A program made the translations under genes and the position numbers. 64,000 bases of DNA, taken from contig OX597827.1 of assembly GCA_951406725.2 (NCBI GenBank), forward strand, positions 73,656,001 through 73,720,000. Direction: 5' to 3'. The stretch's first letter is position 1, and every line of letters starts with the position of its first letter. The notes under the pieces were generated by a model, which saw only the letters and a program-made list of their open reading frames with translations, was not told the DNA's origin and ran no database searches. Source of the DNA: Octopus vulgaris. Lineage: Eukaryota. This document shows, one piece after another, positions 26,056 to 40,580 of the stretch.

Positions 26056-27324
26056 CGAGGAGCGTTCAATAAGTAATGCCCCTGACCCACTTCCCATAGC
26101 AGTAGAGCAACGACACTTGGCACAGTTATTAGTCTTTTCCTACATAGGAACTACCCAGAGTTATGCATTTCTCCTATCATTTGATACAGCTTTGGAGACC
26201 GTTTTGTAGAAGACCCCAGCTTGGTCCTCCAACCACGACGTGACTTCAGAAATCAAGGCTGCATCATCTGGGAAACGCTTTCCTTTCAAAATCAACTTCA
26301 TGGCTGGGAAGAGGTGAAAATCAGAGGGTGCAAGGGGAGGAGTTCATAGCTGCACGCCTGTGCTTCTCATCTGGCGACACGCGAGTTGTGGACCAGAGCG
26401 TTGTCCTGCAGGAGGAGGATGCCTTTGCTGATCTTGCCCCGCCTCTTGATTTTTTATAGCTTCTCTTCATTTCATCAAAAGTGAAGCATAATAGGCTCCT
26501 GTAATTGTGGTACCCTTTGCCAGGAAATCTGTCATCACTACTCCGTCCTGGTCCCAGAAGACTGTGAGCATAACCTTGTCAGCGGAGGGCTGCACCCTTG
26601 CCTTCTTTGGAGGAGGTGAGTCACGGTGCTTTTACTGCATTGACTGGGCTTTGGTCTCTGGATCATAGCGATGGACCCAGATTTTATCCTGTGTGATCAG
26701 TCTTTTGAAAAATTTTGACTCATCTTCTTGGCACATCTCCAAATTCATTCTCGAGCACTCAACGCGTTCTTGCTTCTGGAAAGGTATGAGCAACCTGGAA
26801 ATCCATCTGGCAGACACCTTTTGCATATGCAAATGGTCATGAATGATAGTTTCCACAGACCCGGTACTAATCTTGACCTTATGGGCTATTTGGCGAATAG
26901 TTATGCGTTGACCTTCCAAAATGGCAGCCTCAACTTGACGGACAGACGTCTCATCAACGGCAGAAAGGGGCGACCCGATCTGGGAGCTGTTTCCACAGAG
27001 TTCCGACTATGTTTGAATTCACAATGCCAGCGTTTTACAAGGTCATATGATGGGGCATCATTACCATAATTACTTTCATTTCATCAAAAGTCTCCCGTGG
27101 TGTGCGTCCTTTCAAATACAAAAACCAGATCACTGCTCGACACTCAACAGGCTCCATTTCACACTTGACTCAGTTCAAACACCTGTACATCAGAAACCAC
27201 AATTAGTTCAGAGCTGTAATTCGCCACTTAATCTATGGAGGTATAAATAAGTGCACATGCAAAATTGCAGCTAGATCCAACAACTGCAAGTGGGTCAGGG
27301 GCATTACTTATTGAATGCCCCTCG
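26056..27324 (-). mobile_element. Nearly full-length mariner (DD34D-type) transposon, pseudogenised
   Basis: 37-bp TIRs cgaggagcgttcaataagtaatgcccctgacccactt / aagtgggtcaggggcattacttattgaatgcccctcg, with TA at left. Translated blocks ARWISRLL, LITQDKIWVHRYDPETK, LLQDNALVH and PSDFHLF. Confidence 0.92.
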
Positions 27325-28025
27325 TGTTTCTTACAGACCACCGCTGGAAAACCGGTGTTGTTATGTTTACGTCCCCTTATCTTAGCCATTCGGTAAATGA
27401 GGCCAATAGGATGAGCACCAGGCTTACAAAAAAAGTACTTGTGCTGATTCTTTCTACTGAAGTTTTTCAATGCGTTGCCCTTGCATGGATCCAATTTAGT
27501 GACTGAAATAAGTAAGATACAATTTAAGAAGATATAGCGCCTTGTTAGCTTCGTCAAATCTGTTTGTGGAGAGAGCTGATCTGAAACAGTATCGTTTCTA
27601 TATATAATACCGAACATGTGGGGCTTTCATAGTTCAGGGGGACGTAATCCTGATATGTGTAACGGTAAACTTTTTCCCCATCAACAGACATAAATCTATT
27701 TGCTATTTTTCGCGGGGGGCGGAGGGACCAAGCCCCTTTGTGTACTGATGTATTAACACGTTCATAAACAGTTAAGGTGTTCAAAAACACCTCTACGCAT
27801 ATTAGGATACGTTGTATCTAAGCGTTTCTAGAAATATCCCGGTTTGTGATTTCGCTGAAAAGTTTTCACTAGATTTTTATTTTCACTAACAAACATTTTG
27901 GTTTATGGCATTCATATGGCTGGGATGAACATAAATATCATTTTTTTATATTCTACAAGATTTCTAAGTTATTCCACTTGATGTCAGCTAAAAAATTTAA
28001 AAATCTATTTTTATTTATATTAAAG

Positions 28026-28115
28026 ACCAATGTGATATCACCAAAGGAGATTGCGTCGCAGATAATGAGAAGGAAGAAAATAATTGTAATAAAAGTACTT
28101 GCTTCAGAAAACCTG
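28026..28115 (+). CDS. Host gene exon (Cys-rich segment)
   Basis: Acceptor aag| and donor G|gtaagt; 90 nt, phase 1-1. Reads QCDITKGDCVADNEKEENNCNKSTCFRKP. Confidence 0.75.
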
Positions 28116-28497
28116 GTAAGTTTAGTAGTATTAGTGTTATTTTATATCATTTAATAGAATAACATGATACAGATCTTACTCTCATATTTTGCATGTTCCA
28201 TCATCCTGTAATAGTTTTAGATTCCTTCAATAGAGTGCGGTTTCTTATTGCATTGTGAGTGCTATTATATGTAATTATCTGTGCGTGAACTTGTACACAC
28301 ATGTCTGAAATACTGATTCCGTTCTGTAAATTACCATCACAGTAAAGAAGACAAAGAGGACCACGATACGTATTCTATAAGAAGACAGAGAATGACTAAG
28401 AGCAAGAGAAAATATGTATCAATTGATAACTATGAATCAATTTTAGGCAGAAAGCATTAGAAAAGTTTTCTCATGGCTACATATTTTAATATATCTA

Positions 28498-28534
<37 letters not shown>

Positions 28535-29811
28535 CTAATAATATTAATTTTAAATATCAGAAAAAATTCATTTCTAAATTTTTCAAAATAGATACCTTTC
28601 GTTATAATATAATTAAAATGTAGCTGATGTTAACATTGTTAATATGTTTTTTGTTTAGTGTTCATATGATAAATTTTATATTATCATACCAAATACTTTT
28701 CGGATTTATTTTGCTTCGAAAAGTGATGGGAATATCACCCGTATTATTACACGCGGAGTAATTTATTTATAATGAAACTATGTCCTATAATTTGCCACAT
28801 TTCTTTACACTAAGTGAGAAGATACATTGCGGAACTGTTATTTTAACGAGTTATATCTGTTAATAACCCGAAGAGACACATCTGCACGGTCGGATGCGCC
28901 TGACCCAGTTGAGAAGTATCCCACCCGTGACAGATCGATGTTAGATGTGTCGAAACAATCGTATTGTATTTTCGAGTTCATAAAAGTTTACAGTGGACCT
29001 CTGTTTTGAAGGCTGTGAAACATTTATATTCCACACAAAAGTTGACAAAGCTGTTAATGTGGAATAACCAGTTTTTAACAAAGCTTAAGAAAAAATATAC
29101 GTGTGTGTGTATTCTCCTCTACGAATGTTAAATCTTCAATTTATTCCAGTACTACTAGGCACATCTCACCGTTTTTCCTGGGAGTAAATAAAGCAAATGG
29201 AAAGAACCTCTTAAATTTTTAAGAATTTCAATAATTCAGAATTATTAGAAAAAAATGACAAACCTAATATTCTGCATTGATGAGTGGCACCTCTCCTCTC
29301 GTTAGTTGAGAGAAAAATATATGGGATGGGTTGAGTAGAAACGGGATAGACATAGGTGTAAAGCCTTCAATCGTAGATCAACTCAGTCAATGCTGAGTGA
29401 CGGATAAAGAACAACAAAAGCATTAAGCATGCGTCATTAAATGAGAGGAAAATATATATACGAAATATATTTTAAAACCCTCAGAATCTGTAGTTCATAG
29501 ACACTAATTATCAATTTTCTTTTACTTCTTAAATAAAAAATGTGCGATAAATAGTAAATTAATGTTTAGGGCAGACAGAGGAGCGTCGCAGAAGTAAACC
29601 GTTTGTGAACCGATTCTAATAGGTAGATTAATTTATTCCTTATCACTGAGATTGCTAATGCTCTTTAAATTATATGAATCACAACGCTATATTCATCTAA
29701 AGCTTTTTATATAACATAGATATAGTTTAATATGAAGGAAATCAATATTATGTATTAAGACAATAATTGAAAGAGATTTTGTAATATTGTTGATGTATTA
29801 TTTGTTTTCAG

Positions 29812-29964
29812 ACAGTTGTAAAGATTATGGTGATGTTGACTTGTTTGGGAAGAACCAGAAATACCAATGTCACTGTAAACACCTTAGTGACTGTCAGTTC
29901 CAAATCCGTAGTAAATGTAAAAATGGATGCTTACCTGGATTTAAAGAGCCATATTGTCAAAAAC
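29812..29964 (+). CDS. Host gene exon (EGF/laminin-EGF-like repeat)
   Basis: Acceptor ttttcag| and donor C|gtaagt; 153 nt, phase 1-1. Reads DSCKDYGDVDLFGKNQKYQCHCKHLSDCQFQIRSKCKNGCLPGFKEPYCQK. Confidence 0.88.
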
Positions 29965-31471
29965 GTAAGTTACAAAGTAGCAGGGTTGCTGAACATTAAA
30001 TTCTTATATATTCTGTTTAAATTACAATTAAAAGTTGGTTGTCTGAAGATACTGCTAAAAAGTACTATTGTTTAAAGCGTAATTTTCATTCCCGACATTG
30101 TAATTCCGTTTCACTAACGTGCAGAGATATGAAGGTATTAATTCATATGAAAAACAAATAGTTTGCACTACAGATTCCTTTAATATAAGAAAGTTTGAGA
30201 TATGCAGAGCAGTAATAATCCTGTTTCCGTAAAACAACAGTTTAAATCCTATAAACGAAAATATGTTACACTATTATTGTATACTGACAAATAACATTTA
30301 TCACATTCTTGAAATACACACACATGCACACGACATCACATACACCCATATATACATGACACACACAAACACACATATACGCAATTTCCACCTCTATTTC
30401 CCGCTAGACTCCGATTCCGAAAACCGCATACACCATGAAACTTCCCCATTTCTCATCTAAGGTCGCATTATACTGTTGCTTTTCACACCCTTTATTATAT
30501 TCTATTTCTTATCTTCTCCTCCACCTCTTCACTCACCCTCACCTAATCCCTTCACTACCTCCCACAAAACTGAGATTCATGATTTTTTATTACCCACAAG
30601 GGGCCAACAAAGAAGGGACAATACAGATCGGGGAACTTAAAAATAACAAAAGTGGGTTAAAATAAGAGGAAGAAAAATTTTTAAATAATGAGTTATGAAA
30701 AGATTTTACAATGAGGTGCAATGTCCACTCGATCACCGAAATCGAGTGGTCCCAAAACAGAGATTCAGCCTTAACGATACTTGCACGTGTTCCACATTCA
30801 CCGGATTCCTCTCTGTCCCCATCACTAACCATTTCCCATTCTCTTTTCACAGAATTGCTAACTTATCACTGCTTGCTCACACTTTCTGATTTTCTTTCTC
30901 TGTTCTCACTTATATTTCCTTTGTCCCTTGAGGGTAACCCCTAACACATCATCACCGTGATGTATTTCTTACCTTTCATAAAGGGTAGTGATACATCTCC
31001 TCTACATCAAGACACTTGTTCCTGTACGTTATTATACTTTAACGCCTGTACACCTGACAGAAACCTCATCCCTCAATACTGTGTCCCCACTCAATCGAGG
31101 GAGTATTCTCTTGGAAATTTGCTCCTGACCTAACTAGCGCTACTATCACCGAGAAAGTAAGTCCCAGCCCACTGCAAACTGCTTGGCGTTGAGCAGTGCA
31201 ACCAATCGTAGAAATCATACCAAAGCAGGGACTGGAGCTCGATGCATTTTGCTGTCTTGTCACATTCTGTTAAAACGTCAAACCAGGTGAGCAAAGAAGT
31301 TGGACGTTAAACGATGATGACAATGATGATTTTACACCCACACACACACATACATACCTTCGTACACACATGCATATATTCACACACACAAACACACACA
31401 CACACACACAAACATACACACACCCATATATACATATATACACACACACACAAACATACACACACATACAC

Positions 31472-31525
<54 letters not shown>

Positions 31526-31538
31526 TATATATATATGT

Positions 31539-31576
<38 letters not shown>

Positions 31577-32089
31577 GTGTGTAGTCAACTCGAGGATGTA
31601 TTATCTTCTCAAGGGATTAATATATCCAAAATTTCACTGGTTTATTCGCCAACACATTCAAGGAAAGTCTCCCCAATATGTATGGGATTGTTATAAGTAT
31701 TATCTAATTAAAGCTGGGAAAACGGAGAGTTGGTAAGGGTGTAAATTGATTCATTTAGATAATTCCAAGATAAAATCTGAATACAAATAAAATTTTAGAA
31801 AAGCTTGCGTGTACGTTTCGATTCCAGCCTATAAATAATTGCATAATTTCAAGAATTCCAATGATGAGAATTAATTATCATTTTGAATAATATAGGGTAG
31901 AATCTCTTCAGGGTTGTGGGTTTTTTCTTTATAAAAGGATGGTTACATGCTTATGGAAGGGATTATACTAATATACTAAGGACATATATATCTTATATAG
32001 GGGGTGTATGTATAGCTTAGAATATATAAATAAAGAAATGATATAAAAATAGGAATAAAAATTATCATGAATCTAGGGAACATTCAACA

Positions 32090-35000
32090 AGAACGTTGAA
32101 GTCAGACGATGTAGTTCTTCTACCTTTTTATTTAGGGATGAGAACTTCCAGAATAACGGTCACAGACATTCCTCCCGAAATAGATGTGTACTTTATAATA
32201 GCAGCGATTCTCTTAGGCAAAGAGGAAGAAATTGCCATTCTTCAGTCTAAGAGATATCGCCTCATGACCTGGTATGGACAAGACTTAGAGCTTGTGATCC
32301 AAGCAAACCCCTCGGACTTGGAAAAATTGCCAAGCTCCCTCACCATTGGAGATAATACCAGCTTGATGGTAATAGTCGAGGAAGAAAACCTAGGTGTTAT
32401 AAACGTGGCGAGAAAGGCCACATAAGGTCGAGCTGCAAGAAGACAGCCAAAGAAAATACTGCAGAGGCAAGCACGACGCCGAAAACAACTACACCGCTAG
32501 AAATAGCAGCCACGTCGTGCGACCCAATTGCCGAAGTTCAGCCGACAACGGGAGAAAACAACGACAACAACAACAACAACAACGATGACAACAACAACAA
32601 CAACATCCAGGAGTGGGTCACCATAGAACCTTCAAAAAGAAGACGGAAACGGAAAAATCCACCCTCTTCGGATACACAGGACTATACTCCGAGACAGACA
32701 AGCACACCCACACCCACAAATACAGTCGCAAACACACACGTAGCCAAAAAACACACACACTGGAAAAAGCACACACAAACACACACACACCTACCACAAG
32801 CACACACACACCTACAAACACCCACGATTCTACAAGCACACACACACCCACAAACACACACACACACCCCTCCACAATCGCCTAACAAAAAAAAAGAAAC
32901 ACCCTCACGGCGATAAATAAAAACAATAACCTATTAAGAGAAAAAATTATTTTAATGAAATCGGCGAAAAAATATATCGTAACAGATATAAATAGTATTA
33001 TATCTGAAAATGTCGAATTTTATACGATAGATAACGCTGATTATTTTGAAATTAAAAAAATGTTTTGCGGAGGACGTCGGCCCGTTACAGATGAACTTTT
33101 CAAGCAATCTGTACAGGCAATTCGCAAAAAAACTGACCTCGCAAAACAAAACACTCACAGACAGAAAAGAGAGAGGTGAAACTACACCCTCTCTTCCGTT
33201 AAAACAGTAAGTTTTAAACTTTCGACTAATTTTTCACATTCTCGTTTAAACTCGGTTGTATAAATATTCGCGGCCTGGGGTCGTATTGGAAGCAAGGCCA
33301 CCTCCTTAACGACCTTAGGTCGCATCGTTTGGATGTAGTGGTAATTACCGAATCCAGACTGAGTGGGCTGCAGGCCTTTACGCCCCTTCTAAACGGCTAC
33401 GAGAAATACGTTTCTCCCTGTCGACCTGGAGGGGGAGGAGGAGTGGCAGTGCTGGTCAGGAAAAACCTGGATTTAGAGATTAGAACTGTCTTTATAGATC
33501 CGGAAAGCAGGTTGGTCGTTTTGGATGTGACGCACAGCAGTGGTAAAGTATTCAGGCTGGTCGCTGTCTATGCTCCCTGCGAAGGAAAAGCCGGACAGAA
33601 AGAGTATTTCAAAAGCCTAGAGAATTTTCTTGGCACGTCGAACACGTTAGTATTGCTAGGTGACTTCAACATAATTTGCGATGCAAGCGTAGATTATGTT
33701 GGCTCGAGAAAGAATAGGAGGGGATTACCTCACCTCAACGATATGCTAAGTCGTTTCGAATTGGCAGATAGATTCAGAATGGACCACCCAGACACTCCAG
33801 CGTGGACCTAGGCAAGAAACGATGGGTCGTTCAGATCTTACATCGATAGAATCATAACTAGAAGGAAAGATAAGAAAATACTTAGCTGTCCACAACACCA
33901 TATCGTCAGCTACAGCGATCACAAATTAGTGACCTGTACGCTCGACATAGATAGCATGTGTAGACGCGGTACCGGTTACTGGAAGCTAAACAAGTCACTA
34001 TTGGACTGTGAAGCCTACAGGAATCGGATTAAACAATTAGTAATGAGGGCGTTAACCGGATCCATTATCAACAATAAATGGTGGTACGCCCTGAAAAGAG
34101 CCATCAAATTTGAGTCAATTAGGTTTAGCAAAGAACTAGCTAGTGCTAGAAACAAAGTAGAAAAGGAACTAGTTAAGGCTATAGAAGAGGCAATGAGGTC
34201 AGGCTGTGCATCGAAAGTGTTAGCGGCGAGGTTAGCACTCGACCAACATCTCAAAGCTAAACATGAAGGGTGCATTGTCAGGGCTAAGATCCGTGCAATG
34301 AGACAGGAAGGGATCAACGCAGCCAGATAGGCCCGGGTGGTAGAGGGCCAGCGTGGCAACAACTCAACCATTCGATCCTTGACGGGCCCAAATGGTCGAT
34401 TAGTAAACGAACCCGATGTGCAAGGTGTTTTATGATCATTTCGCCCAGCTATTCGGGAGGAGCAGCGAGCTGGAGCGCGGGGAATAGCTCGCAGACTTCC
34501 TAGCCGGTTCGCCGCGTCTATCGGTGCCGGACGCGGAATCTTGTGAGGCGCCGATCACAGCCAAAGAAGTCGAGGATATGTTGGCAGACTGCGGCGGGGA
34601 CAAATCGCCGGGACTCGATGATCAGCCTTACGAACTCTATAGTAGCATGCCAGACTTGTTTTGGCACCTACTTGCATGCGTGTACACCAACTGGTAGCAG
34701 AACGGGAGAATTCCTAAGTCTGTGAGCCGAGGGGTGGTAGCGCTGTTAAGAAAGGACCCAAACAAGGAGGATTTAATTGATAATTTTCGGCCCATCACTC
34801 TGCTTAACGTAGAGTTGAAGATCTTGGCCAAGGTCTTAGCAAAAAGGTTGGCGTGGGTCGTGGGTGAACTTGTTGGTGAGGCGCAAACTTGCGCCATCCC
34901 TGGAAGAACCATCCACGACAATCTCCACTTTCTACGCTATGCCTTAGAAAGGGTAAATAGGATTCCTGGCAAGGTGGGGCTATGGTCCACTTGGACCAAT

Positions 35001-36808
35001 CGAAAGCGTTTGATAGGGTGGACCATCAGTATCTGGCGGCGGTCCTCGCGGCGGCTGGCTTCGGCCCGACCTTCCGCGGATGGATCATCGCTTTATACAG
35101 CAACATCGAATCGGTAGTTCGGGTAAATGGTTTCCTTTCGGAGCCGTTCAGCATTGAACGTTCGGTACGTCAAGGGTGTCCTCTCTCCCCGCTTCTCTAC
35201 GTTTTGGCCCTCGAGCCGTTGCTGAGGAGGTTGGAAACTATGAGAGGCACTCCGCAAGATCTAGGGTGCGGAAAGTCAGCTTCGGCGTATGCGGACGACA
35301 TCACCGTCATCGTTTCCCGAGTCGAGCACCTACAGTGGGTGGGTGAGGCCTTAAGAGACTACGAAGCGGTGGCAGGAGCGAAAGTCAACCGGGATAAATC
35401 GGTCGGCTTGCAACTCGGCACCTGGAGGGGCAAGTCGATGTCTTCCGACAGCGTCGTAGGACGTTGGACGGAAGGACCGGTGAAAATGCTTGGGATCTGG
35501 TTAGGTCCAGATCTCCAGATAGAGAAGAACTGGAGCGAGGTGGCGAGAAAGGTGGCTCTCCTAACTCAGACATGGTCTGAGCGGAAGCTGTCCTTGAAAA
35601 GGGCGGAGGGCGGAGGTGTTTATTGCCTCTGTAATCACTTACCGCCTAACCGTAGTGCCTTGCCCCGATTCGTGGCTGAACAAACTGGAATGCATGCTCT
35701 TTCGCTTTTTGTGGAGGGGCAGCAGACCTCTTGTAAGGCGCTCTATTTGCTGCCAAAAGCCGCTGAACGGTGGGTTAGGGATGCCGTGGCTAAAAATGCG
35801 CAGACATGCGCTCAGGCTTAGGCACCTCTGGATTTACCTGGACGGTGAGCAGGTGTGGTCTCCGTTTGTCAAGCTGTTATTTCCACAGTTCACATCGTTT
35901 AACGAACTGAACCCATGGATCAAGTGTAGACCGAGGTTGGGCATGTGGCATGCAGAGTGCTATCAGGCACTCGTGCTTCTCTCCCAGTCGGGCAACGCCG
36001 GTGGCGGGACTACTACCTCGTTCTTCTATAGAGGGTTAGTAGAGTTTAAGTGTGACGACGTCCTAGGAGAAACTCTGGGCTTCGACGAAAATCAACTGGC
36101 CAGCCTGTTCCAAAGAACATTCGGTCCGGGGCCTATGGATAATTACCAAAAGTCCCTGGCCTGGCAATGTTACAGAGGAGCTTTACCAGTTCGAGATAAG
36201 CTCTTTAGACATGGGTGTTCACCTTCGCCGGTTTGTGCAAGATGTGAGAGGGACAGTGAAACTGTCCTGCACGCGATTGTGCAATGTCCCAAGGTGACTG
36301 AACTCTGGGCTTATGTAGAACACCTGCTGTCGCATTCGAGAAGAGTACAACTGTCGAGCGAATCTGTAATTAAGATAGTTCCGCCGACCTTCCTGAATAG
36401 GGAGGAGCGAGCCTGTTTTCTTTCGGTAGTTACTATGGCGAAAGAAGTAGTGTGGAAGACGAGAGTAAAAGGAATTGCAACAGGCATGTTTATCTCGAGC
36501 TAATCAGTCTCGAGAAATGCCTGTCGCAAAGTGTGTTTCGTAAAAGATGGAAGTCTATAGCAAGTGTGTTGCGAGTGAAAGAACCTATTTAATCGAGAAT
36601 GTAACAAAGGAGAAAGCAAAGTCTTCAGTGTGAGTATGTGGTTTGTGGGGTCGACCGCGTCCTCCACTTCATTTTTTGTTATTCACTCATTCTCATTTAA
36701 TTGTATATATATTAATTGTTTGTTTATTCATACGTTTCGTCTCATTCGATACCCTGACCCCAACGTTTGTTTTGTCCCCTCTTTTTCTCAACCTTATGGT
36801 GAATAAAG

Positions 36809-36811
<3 letters not shown>
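32090..36811 (+). mobile_element. L1/Tx1-clade non-LTR retrotransposon (ORF1 gag knuckle; ORF2 APE-RT-CCHC), several stops and frameshifts, 5' truncated
   Basis: ORF1 knuckle CYKRGEKGHIRSSC at 32395. APE motifs INIRGL, ITESRL, LLGDFN and YSDHK. RT motifs NFRPITLLN, LDQSKAFDRVDH, VRQGCPLSP and YADDI. C-terminal CARC...HAIVQC. AATAAA at 36802 is followed by a short A run and (TC)n. Confidence 0.93.
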
Positions 36812-36861
<50 letters not shown>

Positions 36862-37577
36862 TCTCTGATTTGTTACATTAAAAAAATCAGACGCATTCAT
36901 TGAACGAGTTAACTGAAAACGATTAAAACGTATATTTGTGTGTATGTACATGTATGTATGTATGTATGTATGTATGTATGTATGTATGTATGTATGTATG
37001 TATATGCGCATGTATGTATGTGTGTATGTATGTGTGCATGTATGCATGTATGTATGTGTGTGCGAGAAAATCTGACAATCTGTATTGTTGCTTGACCTGC
37101 TGGAAATGCCACACGCTAATATTATATAAACGAGAAGACACATTGGATAAGATGGAAAAAATACACACGCACACACACACAGTTATGTATTCCCTATAAA
37201 AAAAACTTTCTGTTTTTCTCACCCACCTTTCTTTTCTTTTATACTTTTCTCCCACCTCTCTGTCTTTCATGACTCGATGACCCGGAAGTGGTTACTCTTC
37301 CATTACTTTCGTAATGTAACCTTCTTCAGCTGACTACACGTCATTGATTGGTTAAAATTCCCCAAATACGACAAGTTTAACACGAAATAACTCTAAAATA
37401 CAAAATTTTGTTAAGAACGTTAAGAGTAAACCGCGTTCTACGTGTCACGTTCAACCAGTATCCGAAGTTTCAAACTGTTTAGTTACAAAAAAAATAATTA
37501 ATTAAGAAATCTGTGACTGAGATCCCCAAAATCACACTGCGTTCTCTTACACAGCCAGTTACGCCAAACCCACACTG

Positions 37578-37690
37578 CCTTTGCTTATAAAACCAGAGAG
37601 GAGTGTTCTAATCCACGTCGTGCGAACTAGAAGTTTTTGCTTATAAAACCAGAGAGGAGTGTTCTAATTCACGTCGGGCGAACTAGAAAT
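37578..37690 (+). repeat. Tandem duplication of a ~57-bp unit
   Basis: ttgcttataaaaccagagaggagtgttctaatYcacgtcgKgcgaactagaa occurs twice. Confidence 0.85.
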
Positions 37691-37942
37691 TATCTAAGTA
37701 TAATTTTTCCCATTCGTAACAATATCTATATATTCTCACACAAACATAAACACACTCACTCACACAAGTGTATCATGTTTCGTTTCTCTGTTTGTTTATT
37801 TCATTGTTCGAAAAAAAGCTCGTTTTCTATGTTTTTGTTTTCGTTTCACATTGTGTTCAATGTTTTTTTGATGTCCTGTACCCATATATGCATGTATATA
37901 CACATATATATGAAGGTACGTACATATATGTATGTATATATT

Positions 37943-37989
<47 letters not shown>

Positions 37990-38196
37990 TTGAAGTAGAT
38001 AAATGAATTATCTTATTACGGATAATTCAAATGATAACCGATACCTGGGTAGCAAAAATCACAACAGAAAAAGCACGGTTGAGGTTACGACCATGGGGCC
38101 TAAAATCCGTGCCTTAGTGCGGAAATTTGAAGTTTTATATATATATTGTAGGAAGAAATGGAGCTGAACGAAGATTTAACAAAATTCCTTTCTATT

Positions 38197-38282
38197 ATTT
38201 TCTACATATGTTTCAAAGGCTGCAAAGTCCATAATTCGGATTGAATAAGGAGTCCATTTTGCAGCCTTCTCTTCAGGAAAAT
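38197..38282 (-). ncRNA. Type I hammerhead ribozyme motif (mirror copy)
   Basis: Reverse complement of 38438..38523. Confidence 0.8.
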
Positions 38283-38437
38283 CCAGGAACTTAATTCTCC
38301 AACAAAATGCACAGCAAGCTTTTCGACAAACGCTCATGAGGAGCCCATGGAATAAATGGCGCCATTTATTCCATGGGCTCCTCATGAGCGTTTGTCGAAA
38401 AGCTTGCTGTGCATTTTGTTGAGAATTAAGTCCCTGG

Positions 38438-38523
38438 ATTTTCCTGAAGAGAAGGCTGCAAAATGGACTCCTTATTCAATCCGAATTATGGACTTTGCAG
38501 CCTTTGAAACATATGTAGAAAAT
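38438..38523 (+). ncRNA. Type I minimal hammerhead ribozyme motif
   Basis: attttc-CTGAAGA-gaaggctgcaaa...tttgcagccttt-GAAA-Catat G-TA-gaaaat. It has a 6-bp stem I, a 12-bp stem II, a palindromic CATATG stem III and a GUA cleavage triplet at 38515..38517. Confidence 0.82.
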
Positions 38524-38573
38524 AATAGAAAGGAATTTTGTTAAATCTTCGTTCAGCTCCATTTCTTCCTACA

Positions 38574-38689
<116 letters not shown>

Positions 38690-39380
38690 CTGCATGTATA
38701 CATACATACATACATACGTATATTCATTTCTATAAATATATAGGTTTCAAATTCTAGCACAGGGGCAACTATTTCTTGGGAAGTTGATAATATTGATCTC
38801 AGTAATCAATTGATAGCTAGTTTAATGACCCAAATGGATGAAAAGTGAAATGGAAATTGAACTCAGAAACGGATGAAATCCCGTCAAGCACTTCGTGCGC
38901 ACCGTTCTAACGGTTCCACTACCTCACCGTTTTAGGAGACGAAATGCTGTTAGGCATTTTGTTCGACGTGATAACGTTTCTCCCAGCTCAGCGCCTTCCT
39001 TCTTCAGTGTATTAGATCTCACAATCTCACGACATGTTTCACTATAACGTAGTGATGGAGGGATTGTTTTGTATTTTCTTTCACAATGTAAATATAAACT
39101 GAATAGAGGCTGTTCCGTCGAGTATATACACCAGGACTAATACAGCTGCATCTTCGGAAAATAAAAGAAGATTTTTACAATACTTGTAATCTCTTTCTAT
39201 AATCAGAATAAAACTTGTAGTTTCTTAGTGTTAATATTTGTTGTAATTCAAATGTAAAAAAGCTCTTTTGTTTCTAAAATATACCATTACTTATCTGAAC
39301 ACTTGTTCACGTTTGTTGCTATTCGCATTCATTTTCCGATTTTTCAGTTTAATAATCTAAACTTATTTCTTTATATACAG

Positions 39381-39530
39381 GAAAATATCATGAATTCATA
39401 AAGAACGAGTCGAGCAGGTATTCCAATTTATTTTCCTCTGATAACAAACGGGCAAAGAAACCCCAAATAGTTATAAACTTCCGAAACACATACAGATTTA
39501 GTACTGTAGAAATTTACAGTAATTTTACAG
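39381..39530 (+). CDS. Host gene exon (first half of a degenerate F-type-lectin-like domain)
   Basis: Acceptor tttatatacag| and donor CAG|gtgaga; 150 nt, phase 1-1, open. It ends KPQIVINFRNTYRFSTVEIYSNFT, which aligns by eye with NPFWQVTFDKPYKISQLRIYNRMK of exon 51774. Confidence 0.78.
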
Positions 39531-40580
39531 GTGAGAAATAATATTTCATATTCTATTATATTGTTGATAATGATTGTAGTGATTATATTTTTCATAATGA
39601 TAAATCGAAATTAATTCGTTTTAAATACACAGTATTCAGATATTATCAATTGAATGACAATATAATATTATTTTATGAAAGTATCAAAATATTGGTTCAA
39701 GTTGACTGAGCAGGTTTTTTAATGCTTATTAGAAAATTTATAACGATCATTCCAAGTGAGCAGAATCTCTGAAATTATTGGCAACGTGGTATATACGTAG
39801 ATTCTTACAAGTCTGTGTAAAATCCAAACTTGAATTAGTGCAGGGTAGTTCTTATTTTATCGACCCCAGAATTTAAGAGGAAAGCGCCGGAATGAATGCT
39901 AGCTCGCCACCTAAAATAATGTTAATAATGCAAGTATTTCAGTGCAAAGGTAGACCTTTCCTTACCATTCGCTCTCTGTCTCCTCTTCCTCTCATCAATA
40001 TATTTATCAATTTCACGAATGTCGGCTGATTTCAGAGCACGTCTAAGAAAAATAATCGGTGTATTTAATAGTTTTCTCTATGCAGACATAAAAAGCCCAA
40101 AATATTTAGCAGAAAGGACACTGCAAGAGTCATACTTACTCAAGTGCATTGATAATGTCAAAAAAATGAGATCACTGCAAATTAGTATCGAAATGTAGTC
40201 ATGGATCTGGCTGACAGGGTGCTAAATATACCATATATATTAAAAGGCAGCTGATACAATGATGTTGATGATGAAGATGGTGACTTGCAGTTTTTAAAGG
40301 AGCAGTTAAGGGCTGTGAAGTAGATCTCGTGACATATACACTGATATGGATACATACGTATCCATGCATATATATAAATGTATGTATGTGTGACTATTGA
40401 GTTGATTTGACTCTTATTTTTAGCAATACTGGTACTGATTAGTGACCCTGTTTACTGTAGTGACGTATAAATACACACACATACGCACGCACACTTGTTT
40501 TATTTATATTTATTTAAACTTAACATTTGCTGACATAAATTTTCTATTTTTATGTATATTGTATATTCTGTTCTCTCTAG

